The notes under the pieces were generated by a model, which saw only the letters and a list, made by a program, of their open reading frames with translations, was not told the origin of the DNA and ran no database searches. Positions 38,238-49,729 of a stretch of 64,000 nt of DNA are shown piece after piece. Numbering within the stretch: the first letter of the stretch is position 1; each line of letters opens with the position of its first letter. The translations under genes were made by a program, and so were the position numbers. Origin of the DNA: Hydrolagus affinis (Eukaryota); the NCBI GenBank assembly GCA_012026655.1, contig JAAILG010001153.1, positions 1-64,000 on the forward strand. Direction: 5' to 3'.

Positions 38238-38313
38238 ATATAAATATGGCTGGTGAACCCAAGCCTTACAGGCCCAAATCTGGAACCAAGAGGCCATTGT
38301 GTGCCCTGTATGG
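38238..38313 (+). CDS. RALYL: RALYL internal coding exon, 76 nt ([26 protein letters not shown]), immediately C-terminal to the RRM
   Basis: The acceptor is ttttctttttcAG (38236-38237) and the donor is GG|GTAAGT (GT at 38314). The translation matches the RALYL segment [25 protein letters not shown]; the INMAGEPKP motif closes the hnRNP C/RALY-family RRM. Confidence 0.93.
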
Positions 38314-38809
38314 GTAAGTATATACCTCTACCAAGTTATTCCAGTCAATATATTCTGGAGGAGAATAGTGGATTTCTTTTCATAGCGTTTTGTAAAGTTG
38401 CTGTTCACCAAGTTCTTATCATTGAGAATCATACTTAGATTGCCTGCCCTAGGTTTGTTCAAATGTACATTTAATATAAATATGTCTTCCATCAAAGCTG
38501 TCAGCATGAATGTAAAATTCATTTACAGAAAATGATTAGTCATTTTTGTCTCATCTCTGGAAATAACCAACATAAATTGACTTTTTCTTAAAGATATCTA
38601 CTACCATAATTAAAGGATACATTTTTAAAATGCAATTCTTTAAGAGTTTTATTTTTATTTGTGGTATAATAATAATCATTCCATTTGATATAGCATCTTT
38701 GTTATCAGGAGGAAAACTCAAAGCATGTCCCGATATTTAATTCAAACTGTAGTGACTGTGCATTTTCCAGGATAAACATTCTTCTTCCATTTAACTAGAT
38801 CATGACTGA

Positions 38810-39040
38810 TCTGTACCTCTACCAACCCTTTCAATTCTAATTTCCTGCTTTCTCCCTGTATTCCTTAATACCCTGACTGACCCAAAATTTATCAACCTCT
38901 TGAAGGTGTGGATGGATCCAGCATCTACGATCTTTTGGAGGAGTAAATTTCAGATTTCTACCACCCTTTGAGTGTAAAAATGCTTCCTGATTTCACTCTT
39001 AAATGGCTTGGTTCTAATTTTAAGATTATGCCTCCTTGGA
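38810..39040 (-). mobile_element. CR1 fragment
   Basis: ccagcatctacgatcttttggaggagtaaatttcagatttctaccaccctttgagtgtaaaaatgcttcc is the reverse complement of the FFTQRVV..WN region. Confidence 0.75.
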
Positions 39041-39059
39041 GGATCTTCAAGATGGAAGA

Positions 39060-39620
39060 CAGGTAGGGCTAGGAGGGTGGCCTAAGGCACGGGTCAAAGA
39101 GTAGGGGCTTGAGACATGCCTTAAAGGAGGAAAGTGAGGGAACAAGACAAAGGGTTAGGGCAGAGAGGCTGAAGTCCTGACCACTGTTGGATGTGGAGTA
39201 GCCCAGAGCAGACAGGTTAATATGGTATTAGCATGTCATAGAAAAGAGCATGGCCATGGAGGTCCTTGAAGGTGAGGATAAGAATTTTGAGCTCTATGCT
39301 CTGGGGGATGGATCCAGGCGAGTGGATACAGGCGAGGGTGGGAGTAATAAGGGTACGTGCGAAGACATGAGCTGCAGAGTTCTGGATGATCTACAATTTG
39401 TGGAGGGAAGACTTAGGAAGGCCAACAATCAGGGAGTTGGTGTATTCAAGCCTAGATGTAACAAATACATGGATGAGAGTGTTAGTGGCCCAAGAGAGAG
39501 GCAGTTGCAGAGCAGGCAATGTCGTGGGGGTGAGGAAAGGCAGAGAAGATCATGGCATAGATATGGGATAGAAAGAACAGTTGAGGGTCAAACAAGATGC
39601 TAAAGTTCTGAACTGGCTCA
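39060..39620 (-). mobile_element. Degenerate L2 fragment
   Basis: gtccttgaaggtgaggataagaattttga and gctgcagagttctggatgatctacaatttgtggagggaag match the other minus-strand L2 copies. Confidence 0.8.
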
Positions 39621-40029
39621 GTGAAGTGGAGTGTGTATCAATATACAGAGTACAAATACCTCTGTTAGTGACTTGACAAAAAATGGCTATTTTTAAGATG
39701 GAAAGCCCAATTTATCACTCAAGCAAATATGCATCCTTACTCTGTATACATTTGACTGATCATGAGTTTAAAATACATAATCATTTAAAATACAGCAGTT
39801 TTTGAGTTTTGTTTTGTAATATTTTGGGTGTTTGTCCTTCCCTTCAATGATTTCTGCTATTTATTGTACCATATCTGTAACCTACAGAACTGAATCAACA
39901 AGCGCACTTAAGTTCATCTCATTTATTTATTTGTTCTGCATAGCGCAAACGATGTGTATAAAACTTTGTGATTTAGAGAATTAGATTGATTGGTTTCCAC
40001 CTATATATGGGAAAGAACGTTGTATCCTG

Positions 40030-40212
40030 TGACAAGATTCGATAACAACTTTCAAAAGAGAGGTAGACATTTATTTGGGAAGGACGGGTTTGCGCAGTTA
40101 TGGGGAGAGAGCCGGAGAGTGGGATTGAATTGCTCTTTTCAAAGAGCCGGCACAGACTCGATGGGCCGAATGGCCTCCTTTTGTGCCGTAAGATTCTGTG
40201 ATTCCACGATTG
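40030..40212 (+). mobile_element. CR1 3' end
   Basis: gagccggcacagactcgatgggccgaatggcctccttttgtgccgtaagattctgtgattc; inverted relative to the 4038 copy. Confidence 0.88.
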
Positions 40213-41029
40213 TAATCGGTAACAAAACAAGAAGGTGGAAAATGTGGTATTTTCAAGCCCAAATCACTGTGCTAATTGCGACTTATGGATTGTGACCGAA
40301 ATTGCATGATACGCCATTAGATTTGATTGCAAATCCGTTAGAAATACATTGAAAGTCTGAAGGCTACAAAGACATTTTATGGCTGGCATCTGGCATTTTT
40401 ACATTGAAACCTTCTGTCAGACTTTTTAATAATAAAAATTTAACAATAATAAGAATCCTTGCTTTTGATAGAGAGCTTTGTCACGTTGTCAAGACTCAAT
40501 ACGCTTCCCACGATATACTGTAAAGTGAATTGATTGTATTTTGTGAGCGAAACGCTCACAGATTTCAGTGTCGCTGCATAGGTTTCTCATTGTGCTAAAC
40601 CCAGAGCAGCAACCACACAATTACCTACGATGGAAGAATTGAGCTCAGTATCTGTGAAATCACAGGTACAGATCTGTGGTGCAGTTTGTTGTAGAATTCC
40701 TGACCGTGACCCTTGAGAAAGATGTCTGTGAGGATCGCTACCTTCAACAAATGATTAGTAAGTAACTTTGAACAGTACAATCGTCTTAGCATTCAATGTG
40801 CTAATTATGATGACAATCACACTGTTTAACAATAAATCACTGCTAGCTGCATTCACCGATAGAGACAAATTCATTGCATTCGGCCCCAAATGCAGCCACA
40901 ACCCTTGTGCATGCATTTGTCACCTCCCACTTGGATTAGTCAAACACACTCCTCACCAGTCTCCCTAGCTTCACTATTCAAAAGATCCAGCTCATTCAGA
41001 ACTGCTGTCTGCATACTACATGCATTATC

Positions 41030-41520
41030 CACAGACATGGGGACAATTTCCACACGTACTATACAAGGATGACACCCAACTCTACCTCTCTGCCTTCACC
41101 CTCAATTCCAGGATAACTGGCATCCTGACAGAATGCCTGTCAGGCATCAAGTCTGGGATAAGAGACAACTTTCTACAGTTGAATATCAGCAAGATTGAGG
41201 CCCTCCTGATTCGCTCGCGCCAGTGCCTCCGCACCTAACGCATTGGCAGCATCGGCATCCATGGACTCACACTCCACCTCACCAGGCTAGTCAGGAACCT
41301 GGCTTGTTGTTCAACTCTCAACTTTTTTTTCTCCCCCGTGACCATGCAATGACCAGCACTGCCTTCCACCACCTCCGCAACATTGCCTGACTCTGGAACT
41401 CTCTCCCTCAGCCACCTTCTTCCCACCATCCCAGCTCAGTGTCAGGCTCCCCTACTGTTAATCAGTCTGAAAAGCTACCCTGGGTGGAGTGTGCTATATA
41501 AGTGCAAGTTATTGCTGTTG
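41030..41520 (+). mobile_element. Degenerate L2 fragment
   Basis: [10 protein letters not shown]...FLQLNISKIEALLI motifs and an L2-like tail. Confidence 0.85.
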
Positions 41521-44500
41521 ACATTGTTTTCTCCCATTTACCCTCCCATGTTGTTGTATTTTGAAGTGAGGCTTTGTGTACTTTACACTGTAACCTCTAG
41601 AACGGTTTATCATTTTTTTCTTTAATATTTATCTTCCAGACTTGAAGTGCCAAAGAGGAATATAATTCATGCTTTTCCCTGAGAGATAAATAATTTCCCT
41701 CAATCCCGAGGCTTTGGCTATCTAATCGGGTTGAAACAATTGTTTTAATTGTTTTAGGGAGGATTTTTTTTTAACTGCTCTTCAACAACAACAACAATAA
41801 GATTACATTTCTATAGCGCTTTTCATGTTGGGAGGATGTCCCAAGGCATTGGAAGAGCATAACTATTAAACAAAAACATTATAAACTGCTTCAGCCGCTA
41901 TAATCCAAAATACATAAATGTTCACTTCAGAACAAAAAGGTTGGCAATCTCAATTTGAAAGATGAGCATCCTTGGGGCCATTTACGGCATTAAACACCAA
42001 ACACCAAACAGTCTCAAGTTCTGAACTTGTGATAATTAGCATTGAGGACAGTTATCCACATTGGGTGCTTCAAAGGTTGCAAATTTACACCCATTGTTTG
42101 AAAAATTCACAGTGAGGCTAATTGAATCGACACCTCGAGTATACTCTGTTGAAAGCTGAAACATTAGTTTTCTAGCAGTACAATTAACACGTTTAATAAA
42201 CCAACCTTTATCCTATGAAAAGGGTATGTGAGAAAAATTGGAATAGTAGGACCACTGTGATTCTGAATGTCAAATAAGCCAGTTGTGACAAGGGCAAAAC
42301 AAGCAGTAAATTCACGATTGAAAGCTGTTCAATCTTCATTAATATAGTTAGAGACTTGAAAGACTCTTTACTGCTGTGGATAATTTATGTTCATGTGCAA
42401 TGCTGCTGACATCAGTATTTGCCCAAAGTCTTTGTAGTTGTTTGAAGAGTTGGGAATATTAGCATTTCCTTGCTCTTTAGCCGTTATGATGTGATTATGG
42501 GCAAAGCTTTAATGTTGCAAAGAATTGCTTTACTTTGATAGTTTTGAAAAATTATGCATTTTGTGATCCAAAACAAAGGTCCTTCCTTCAGGAAGTTGCA
42601 TAGTCTGTGTAAATATTGTGACAGTCAAACAAACAAATTAAATTGTGACCTTTTAGGTCACAATTTATCCGCAGTAACCTACTCATAATAATCTTCACTT
42701 ATACGTGCACTTAATCCAAAATCTCTTTCTAGTAATTTCCATTTGTCAGATTGGTTTTGGAAAACTGTTCAAAATTCAGTAACCCTTAAGATAAGAGAGT
42801 CTCATTATTCTAGTGGAATTTACAGTTCCTAGAGTTTGTTGCTTCTTGTAATGGTGAAATAATTGCCTTTAATCTATTGCAGAGTGACCATAAAATACAT
42901 GGGTATGTCCAAACCCCAAACAACATATAGATTTCACAGCTGGATTCTTGCACTCAGCTTCTGTTTTTTACTTTATGTCTCCCAATTGTGGATTTCAGAT
43001 ACAAGAAAATAATTTAATCAAAAGCTATCCGAATCTGTAAAATGGCAGTCTATTCCCTTGGAATAAACTACTCCCAGATTAACAAAATATCGTATGCAGA
43101 AATCCAATGTTTATCAAAGGGAAGTGTTCTCATCATGAGAAATTGTTCAGTATAAAGCGTGCGACATTGGCTATTATTGTGCAATTGGCCAGAAATGCAA
43201 ATATCTATCACAACAACAACTTGTATTTATATTGCATCCCTCACGCAGGGTAGCATCCCAAAGTGCTTAACAGTGTAATGGGGAGGTGACCGTACGCACG
43301 ATCAAAGGGGAAGTCTGCATATAATCATATCTTAATGTAGATATTGTAGTGAAATCAATCAACTTGCATAGATTAGTTTACTCCAATCAACCAATCTAAA
43401 GGAGAATACTCATTAAAATGGCCAATTCCACAATAATAGTCAAAGAAACCTTATAATATGTGTAAACATATTTATTTAACCTGTTTCTTATAATGGGGCA
43501 TATGCTTGGTACAATGTGATTAAAGATATTACAGCGCTCAAAGAACTAGACTGGTGCACAATAGTACTAGATAAAGCTGTTTGCAAGTTACCCTCACACT
43601 TCAATAGTAAATAATTACCAATTTTACACACGGTTAGGAACAACAGACCAGTTGGCAATTGCTTTCTCTCAGTTTAATCTGCTTGTCTCAATTCTCCGGA
43701 AATTATTCTTTTTATCCCTTGCACAAATGCAATATGTCCATACTCTCTTTCTCCTGCTTAACAAGATCTTTCTGAAATCAATGCTACGAGCTTCATTAAA
43801 ATGGTCAATTGGACTTGATTGCTCTAGAAATAAATCACCAGATTCAGAAAGAAAGAGAAAAGGCACTCAAATTATTGTATTTCTCCCTTCAGAGACAGAA
43901 TAAACAAAGAAAATTAGTCAGTTCTATTTTACTTCATAAGTGCTTTACTTCATCAGCACATCAAATGAATTAAAATAAACCAATAAATTATTACTTTATC
44001 TTTTGATCCAGTTGGAGCATCATTTTCAATTGAAATCTGGCTTTGCATAATTTATTTTAGATTGTGCGTCCATTTAAAATGTTTAAGGTGCTCAAACTCA
44101 ATGCCTTATTATGTGTTCATAAGAAAATTGTTCGTGTGTTGCTCTTGTAAATTGTATTACAACAGATGTTGCCACGGTTATAAGATTATGCCGAACAATG
44201 CAAAATGAATTCTACAATTGCAAAATTGATTAGTTTCATAGGAACATTAAATATTATGAGAAAAGAAAGAAAGGGCCATTTGGCCCATCAAGTCACTTTT
44301 CAGTAGTCCATGTTCAATTTATTCTGTAATGGATTTGCTATAAATTACCTGATCTTTTGATCTAGTCTACAGGTTGGATTAATGTTTACAAATTCACAAT
44401 TGCAAGGGAAAAAATCCTGAATAACAATAAATGATTCAACACTTATCTGCCTCACAGCATTCCTAGTGTTCCATACTGTATTTGATGTATGTGCCTATAC

Positions 44501-44689
44501 ATAGTCCTATAACTTTAATCCCTTTTATTCTTGCTCATTTTCAAAGAGTTAGTGTACTTTGTGTTACTTATATTTGATGGTAGTCTATGTTATGTATGTG
44601 TGTGTGGATGCGGAATGTGGTGGTTGTGTGTGTATGTTTGTTGGGTGTTTATGTGAGATTGGGTTGGTGTTTCTGTATAAGATTTGTAT

Positions 44690-45885
44690 ATGGGGAGTCT
44701 TGAAAGTGAGGACAATGATTCTCTGCGGAATGGGGAGATAGGCGAGGGTGGGGTTGATGGGGTCACGAAGCCTGGTGCGGGAGAGGACACGAGCTGCAGA
44801 ATTTTGAATCGTGAGGGAAGAGTTGGGGTGGCCCACAAGGAGGGAGTTACTGTAGTCAAGCCGAGAGGTGACAAATGTGTGTGTAATGGTTTCAGTGGCT
44901 GAGGGGTGAGGCAATGACGGAGAAGAGCGATGTTGCGGAGCTAATGAAAGGCAGTGCTGGTCATGGCCCAGTCATGGGGAAGAAAGGACAGCTCAAGGTC
45001 AAACAAGTCACCCAGGTTCCTGACTGGCTTGGTTAGGTGTTTGTTGATGCTGCCAGTGCCTGAGGTGCAGAGGCGCAGGCACGAGCCAATCAAGAGGGCC
45101 TCGGTTTTGCTGATGTTCAGTTATAGAAAGTTATTTCTCATCCAGGATTCAATGTCTGGCAGGCAGTCTGTCAGGACAACAGGCATCCTGGAATTGAGGG
45201 TGGAGGCAGAGAGGTAGAGTTGGGTGTCATCCACATACATGTGAAAATTTACCCCATGTCTGCGGATGATGCTACCATGGGGGAGAATGTAGAAGTTGAA
45301 TAGGAAGGGACTGAGGACAGAGCCCTGAGGAACACCGCACAAGATGATGCGGGGTCTGGAAGAGAAACCGTTGGCAGAGACAAAGTGGAGCGGTGTGAGA
45401 GGTAGGACCTAAACCAGTCAAGGACAGAACCTTGAAGGATGAGGTAAGAGGAGAGGCAGTGGAAGAGGCCCACTGTGGTCCACGGTGTCGAAGTCAGCAG
45501 AGAGGTTCAAGGAGGACGATGAGGTAGAGGGAGCCCTGGCCACAGATGGACGAGATATCATTTGTGACCTTGACCAGAGCAGTAGCATGGAAACTTGATT
45601 GAAGGGGCTCATGAAGGGAGTAGGAGGACAGGAAAGAGCGAAGCTGGGAAACCACGGCTCTTTCAAAAACCTTGGAAAGGAAAGGTAGGTTGGAGATGGG
45701 CCAGTAATTGGATAGCAGTGATGCGTCCAGGGAAGGTTTCGTGAGGATATGGGTTATTGTGGCTGTTTTCAGGGGTGTAGCAATGGTACTGGTAAGGGAG
45801 AGATTGATGGTGTCAGAGAGAAGGAGCTTGAGGAGTTGGAGCTGAGAGAGGTGAGGATGGGGTTAAGGGAGCAGGTGGTGGGCTG
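44690..45885 (-). mobile_element. L2 LINE fragment spanning the RT domain
   Basis: Minus-strand [20 protein letters not shown]...[21 protein letters not shown] and HTFVTSRLDYSNSLL motifs, with multiple frameshifts. Confidence 0.92.
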
Positions 45886-46127
45886 TAACTTACAGTTGCA
45901 TCACTGGTACTAATGACATACGCATATAGTACTATCATTAGTGCTAATTATCATATCAGCATCTAGTAATATCACCAGTGATAATTGTCACATTGGCATA
46001 TGGTAATTTTACCAGCAATAATTATAACACCAATCTACCAGAATTTAGTCAAAACCAGCTGCTACTGGCTTCTAAGATAAATCCAACCCCGCCCAAATCC
46101 AGTCACTCTATGCACCAACCAATGATG

Positions 46128-46421
46128 ATAATAATAATCCTTGCATTTGATATAGCGCTTTTCACGTCTTCTAGACATCTCAAAGTCACAGAATATATTG
46201 TAAAGTGAATTGAATGTGTATATGTGGGTGAAATGCGGCAGCCAAATGCACAGCAGTGTCCCACAACAGTCGTGGAATGAAATGACCAATTTGTTTTTGA
46301 GGGATTATTATTAGGTGTGTGGAGTAAGGAAACTTGCCCAAGGTTTCGCCCTGCTTGGAATTGAACCCAGGTCTCTCACTTGTAAGGCGAGCGCTGTAAC
46401 TACTGAGCTGCAGGACTCCAC
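46128..46421 (-). mobile_element. tRNA-derived SINE, full-length
   Basis: Complete tail-core-head architecture ending in taactactgagctgcaggactccac. Confidence 0.93.
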
Positions 46422-46689
46422 AACTGGTTATTGGTGATAACCAATAACTGCTATTTTGGTTGATGTGATTATTAGCAGCAATGATATTTCATAGACATTT
46501 GTGGTATTATCATCATTGGTATTATTATTATTATATAGATTTCATAATGCAAAATAACATCAATGTTATTATTTTGACCTTCATATATTCAGAATTCATA
46601 TCAATAAATCTTATCTGGGGAGTTTATAACTTTGTACAATTGGACCTGTTATTACAATGCTCCGCTCTGGTACACTGGGTATACTGGTA

Positions 46690-47332
46690 CAGTAGGCCCT
46701 CGGCGATCGCGACTTTCTCGATTGCGAATCCAACCATACGCAAAGAAAAAAACGTGGTACTGTTTTGCGCAATGCATGTAAAATTTGTGATTACTTGCTG
46801 GCTGCCCCGTGCGCATTCGCACGTGGGAGTTCGCCGGCCTTGTATGGTGCACCCTTGGGACGAGAAGGGAGAGTGAAGCGAGCGATGAGAGAAGGGAGAG
46901 TGGAGCGATTGATGAGAGAAGGGAGAGCGGAGCGATCAATGAGAGAAGGGAGAGCGGAGCGTTCGATGATAGAAGGGAGAGCGGAGCGAGCGACGAGAGA
47001 AGGAAGAGCAGAGCGAGCGACAAGATAATTCTGTAATAATAAATAATTAAGCCAAGCTGTGGTAGGGTAAGGTGCTGTTTTATTGTCTCCAGTGAGTCAG
47101 TGAGAGCGGGGAAAGTGGGGAGAGGGGAGAGCGGGCCACCCGGCTGTAGCCCACCTCAGTACGTACCTTGCATTGGTCGGGTGTGGATGTGCCTGGAGGC
47201 TTGAGGTGGGTAGCCCATCGCTAGATTCCCCTAACTCCCCTTTTCCCATTACTTGTTAAAATCCCAAGGCGATTTTAACGATTGCGCAGTTTTCCAGGAA
47301 CATAACCCCAGCGTTCGACGAGGGCCTACTTG
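46690..47332. mobile_element. Non-autonomous Tc1/mariner-superfamily (Tigger/pogo-like) DNA transposon
   Basis: TA|CAGTAGGCCCTCG at the left and CGAGGGCCTACTTG|TA at the right (TIR with one indel, TA target duplication); subterminal ggaacataacccc is typical of Tigger-type ends; CpG-rich. Confidence 0.85.
46860..47021. repeat. 27-bp minisatellite, 6 copies (GAGAGAAGGGAGAGCGGAGCGATCGAT-like), inside the transposon
   Basis: Directly visible units; explains the REGRAERSM and APLSLLSS repeats in the ORF track. Confidence 0.92.
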
Positions 47333-49729
47333 TAAAAACAAGGATTTGTTTATAACATGATTGACTAAGTGTACACTTTGGTGTACTGGGTTTACTGCTA
47401 TAAACATCTGGCTGTTTCTAATATGGTTATAACACGTGGTTCATCTCTACTGCATGGGCACAGAAGGGCTCCCTGCATTCAGCAACAGAAAACACTCACG
47501 AGCTATTGTGGTTTTGTGTGTGCTGCATGCAGATGCAGTCACATTTGATGGCATCAGTGGTCGCACTCCTCCGCCTTGCCTCCTCCCTCGCCACTTTCAA
47601 ATCCTGCCTGAGAGCCTTTATGATCGTGGTTACGGTCACTCTTTCCCTAGCTCAGGTCAGACTCTACCACTGTCAAGTGTTCCAGGCTCCACCAGGCGTG
47701 ACGGATGCTATATAAATGCAAATTGTTGTTATAAAAGGGAGCTGACTACATTATCTGACCTTTTTCAATGAACCATTGAGGCCAATTTCTGTCCTTCTCA
47801 ACAAGGGCTTATTGATTCAAATCAATTTTATTCCAATAAAATATTCTGGAGAAATCTATTCTCAGATCACGATTCTGTTTCCTTCCATCGAGGTCTCTTC
47901 CTTCTTAAAGGCATTAAATCTTGCAAGCTCCGATTGGCCAATCTTCATGTGAACTTGGAAGTAGTGGAGTGTGCAACAGCCAAACCAATGTCCTTCCTCA
48001 CTCTTTTGCACCGGAAATGTTTTTACCAGAAACTGACAATAACAATACATTTTGAAAGTTAAATTTTAAAATTAAAATACTATTCTAGCAGTTTGGAATT
48101 ATCACATTGTTCAAAAAATTTAATAAAAAAGTGACCAACCTAACTCTGAGTGATCAACCTAACACCCTAAGCCTTGGGAGGTTCATTCTCAAAATTGTTG
48201 TTAAAAAATATTTAAAAGACCACAATATCAATGGCAATTTCTGTGCCACCAGCAATAGTGAAGGAATGTTTGGGGAGAAATTCCACCCAAATCTAGATTT
48301 CTTCTGTTGATGTTGTGAATTAGAGCAAACAGAATTTAGCAAATTGTTAAATTCAGCTTTACCTTTTAAGTTTGTTTGAAAAAATTCAGCTACGTTTAAG
48401 AATTTGACAAATTCTGTGTGCTCAAATGATACATAAATAAGGTAAATCTATGTTGGACTATCTACCCATCAATGCATTAGGAAAAGTGTGATTTTGACTC
48501 TCTTCTTATGTTATTGTTTACCTCTGACAGATTGCAATACCAGGCTCCAATTTTGTTTTGAATCCCCATGTCAGTAAATCATGTTGTTACATTCTCCTTA
48601 GGGTGGTAGATTGATAGTTCTTAGGTCCTAGATGTATCCCACATTGACAATAAAATTGCAATAGTAATGCATCTTCAAAACAAAAAACATTTTTCAAGAT
48701 GATTTACTCTGTGGCCTGTGCAGTTCCGATGTTTTGTGCTACATGTCTGTCACTAAGATTGTATTCTAAGATTTAATATCAATATTAGCATGGAAGTGCA
48801 TACAATCCTGAGTAACAATGGGAGCAGGTTTTGAATAATATTAGGAATCTCTGTTCATTCAGACTTAATCAAATGGAAGATTTTTGCCTTGATACGTTTA
48901 GACAATTTGGACCATTCAAATGGTTAAAAAAAACTACAATATTTTGGTTCAGTTTAGATTTGCTTTGACAAAATGGCCAGATACAGTTTTTGACCACCCT
49001 GCAAGCCTGTAGTGATGTCATGTCAAATGCTTGGTTCCTTCCAGCTGTGTGCTACGCAAACATGCCTCTGGAGGTGTTGCTTCCAGCCATTACACCCCAA
49101 ATCTCTAGAACTCCCTGCCTCAATACCTTCCTCTTGCTCCTCTGTCAGTTGTCAGCTCATACCTGAAGATCTTCAACTTCGACCGTACCTATGGTCACCT
49201 CCCCTCTCGCTTCAGCTCAGCATCAAGCTCCTCTACTGTTCCTCTGGAACCTTCCCTTCCTTCCTCTGGAACCTTCACTTGCTTCGAACACTTTACACTC
49301 TACCACCCCTCCAGTCTCTCCCTCATAAACTTCCTTATCATCCCCCCAAAGCCCTCCCCCACCTTCCTCTTCAGACATATCCACCCTCCTATCTTCCCTC
49401 CCCTTTGTTCTGAATGCCTCCACATCTTAGGCAATTTCAACCTCCACTTCACCCCCGCCTGCTCTACCTCCGGTGACTTCTCCTTCCTCCTCACCTCCCT
49501 TAATATCTCCCTCCACATCCACTCCGCCACCTACATCCATGGCCACCCGCTCGACCCACTCCATCCTCCTATACCATCTCTCCTCAAATAAATCTTCATG
49601 GACCTTCCCTTGCCTGGTTCGATTCCAACGGCTTCTCTTCCAGCCCCCGCACTGTCACCTGTGGCATCCCCCAGGGCTCTGTACTTCGTCCCCTACTTTT
49701 TAACATTTTTATTTACTTTAGATAATTCT

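Noticed and set aside
42470-42540. Possible next RALYL exon (GY.FDYDYYRDDFY) after ctctttAG|CCGTTATGATGTGATTATG
   Set aside because: The resemblance is superficial: the frame gives RYDVIMGK and hits a stop, with no matching donor. The real exon is probably beyond the window.
46652-47036. Repetitive ORFs (REGRAERSM / APLSLLSS)
   Set aside because: They are translations of a 27-bp minisatellite inside a MITE, with no splice or codon evidence.
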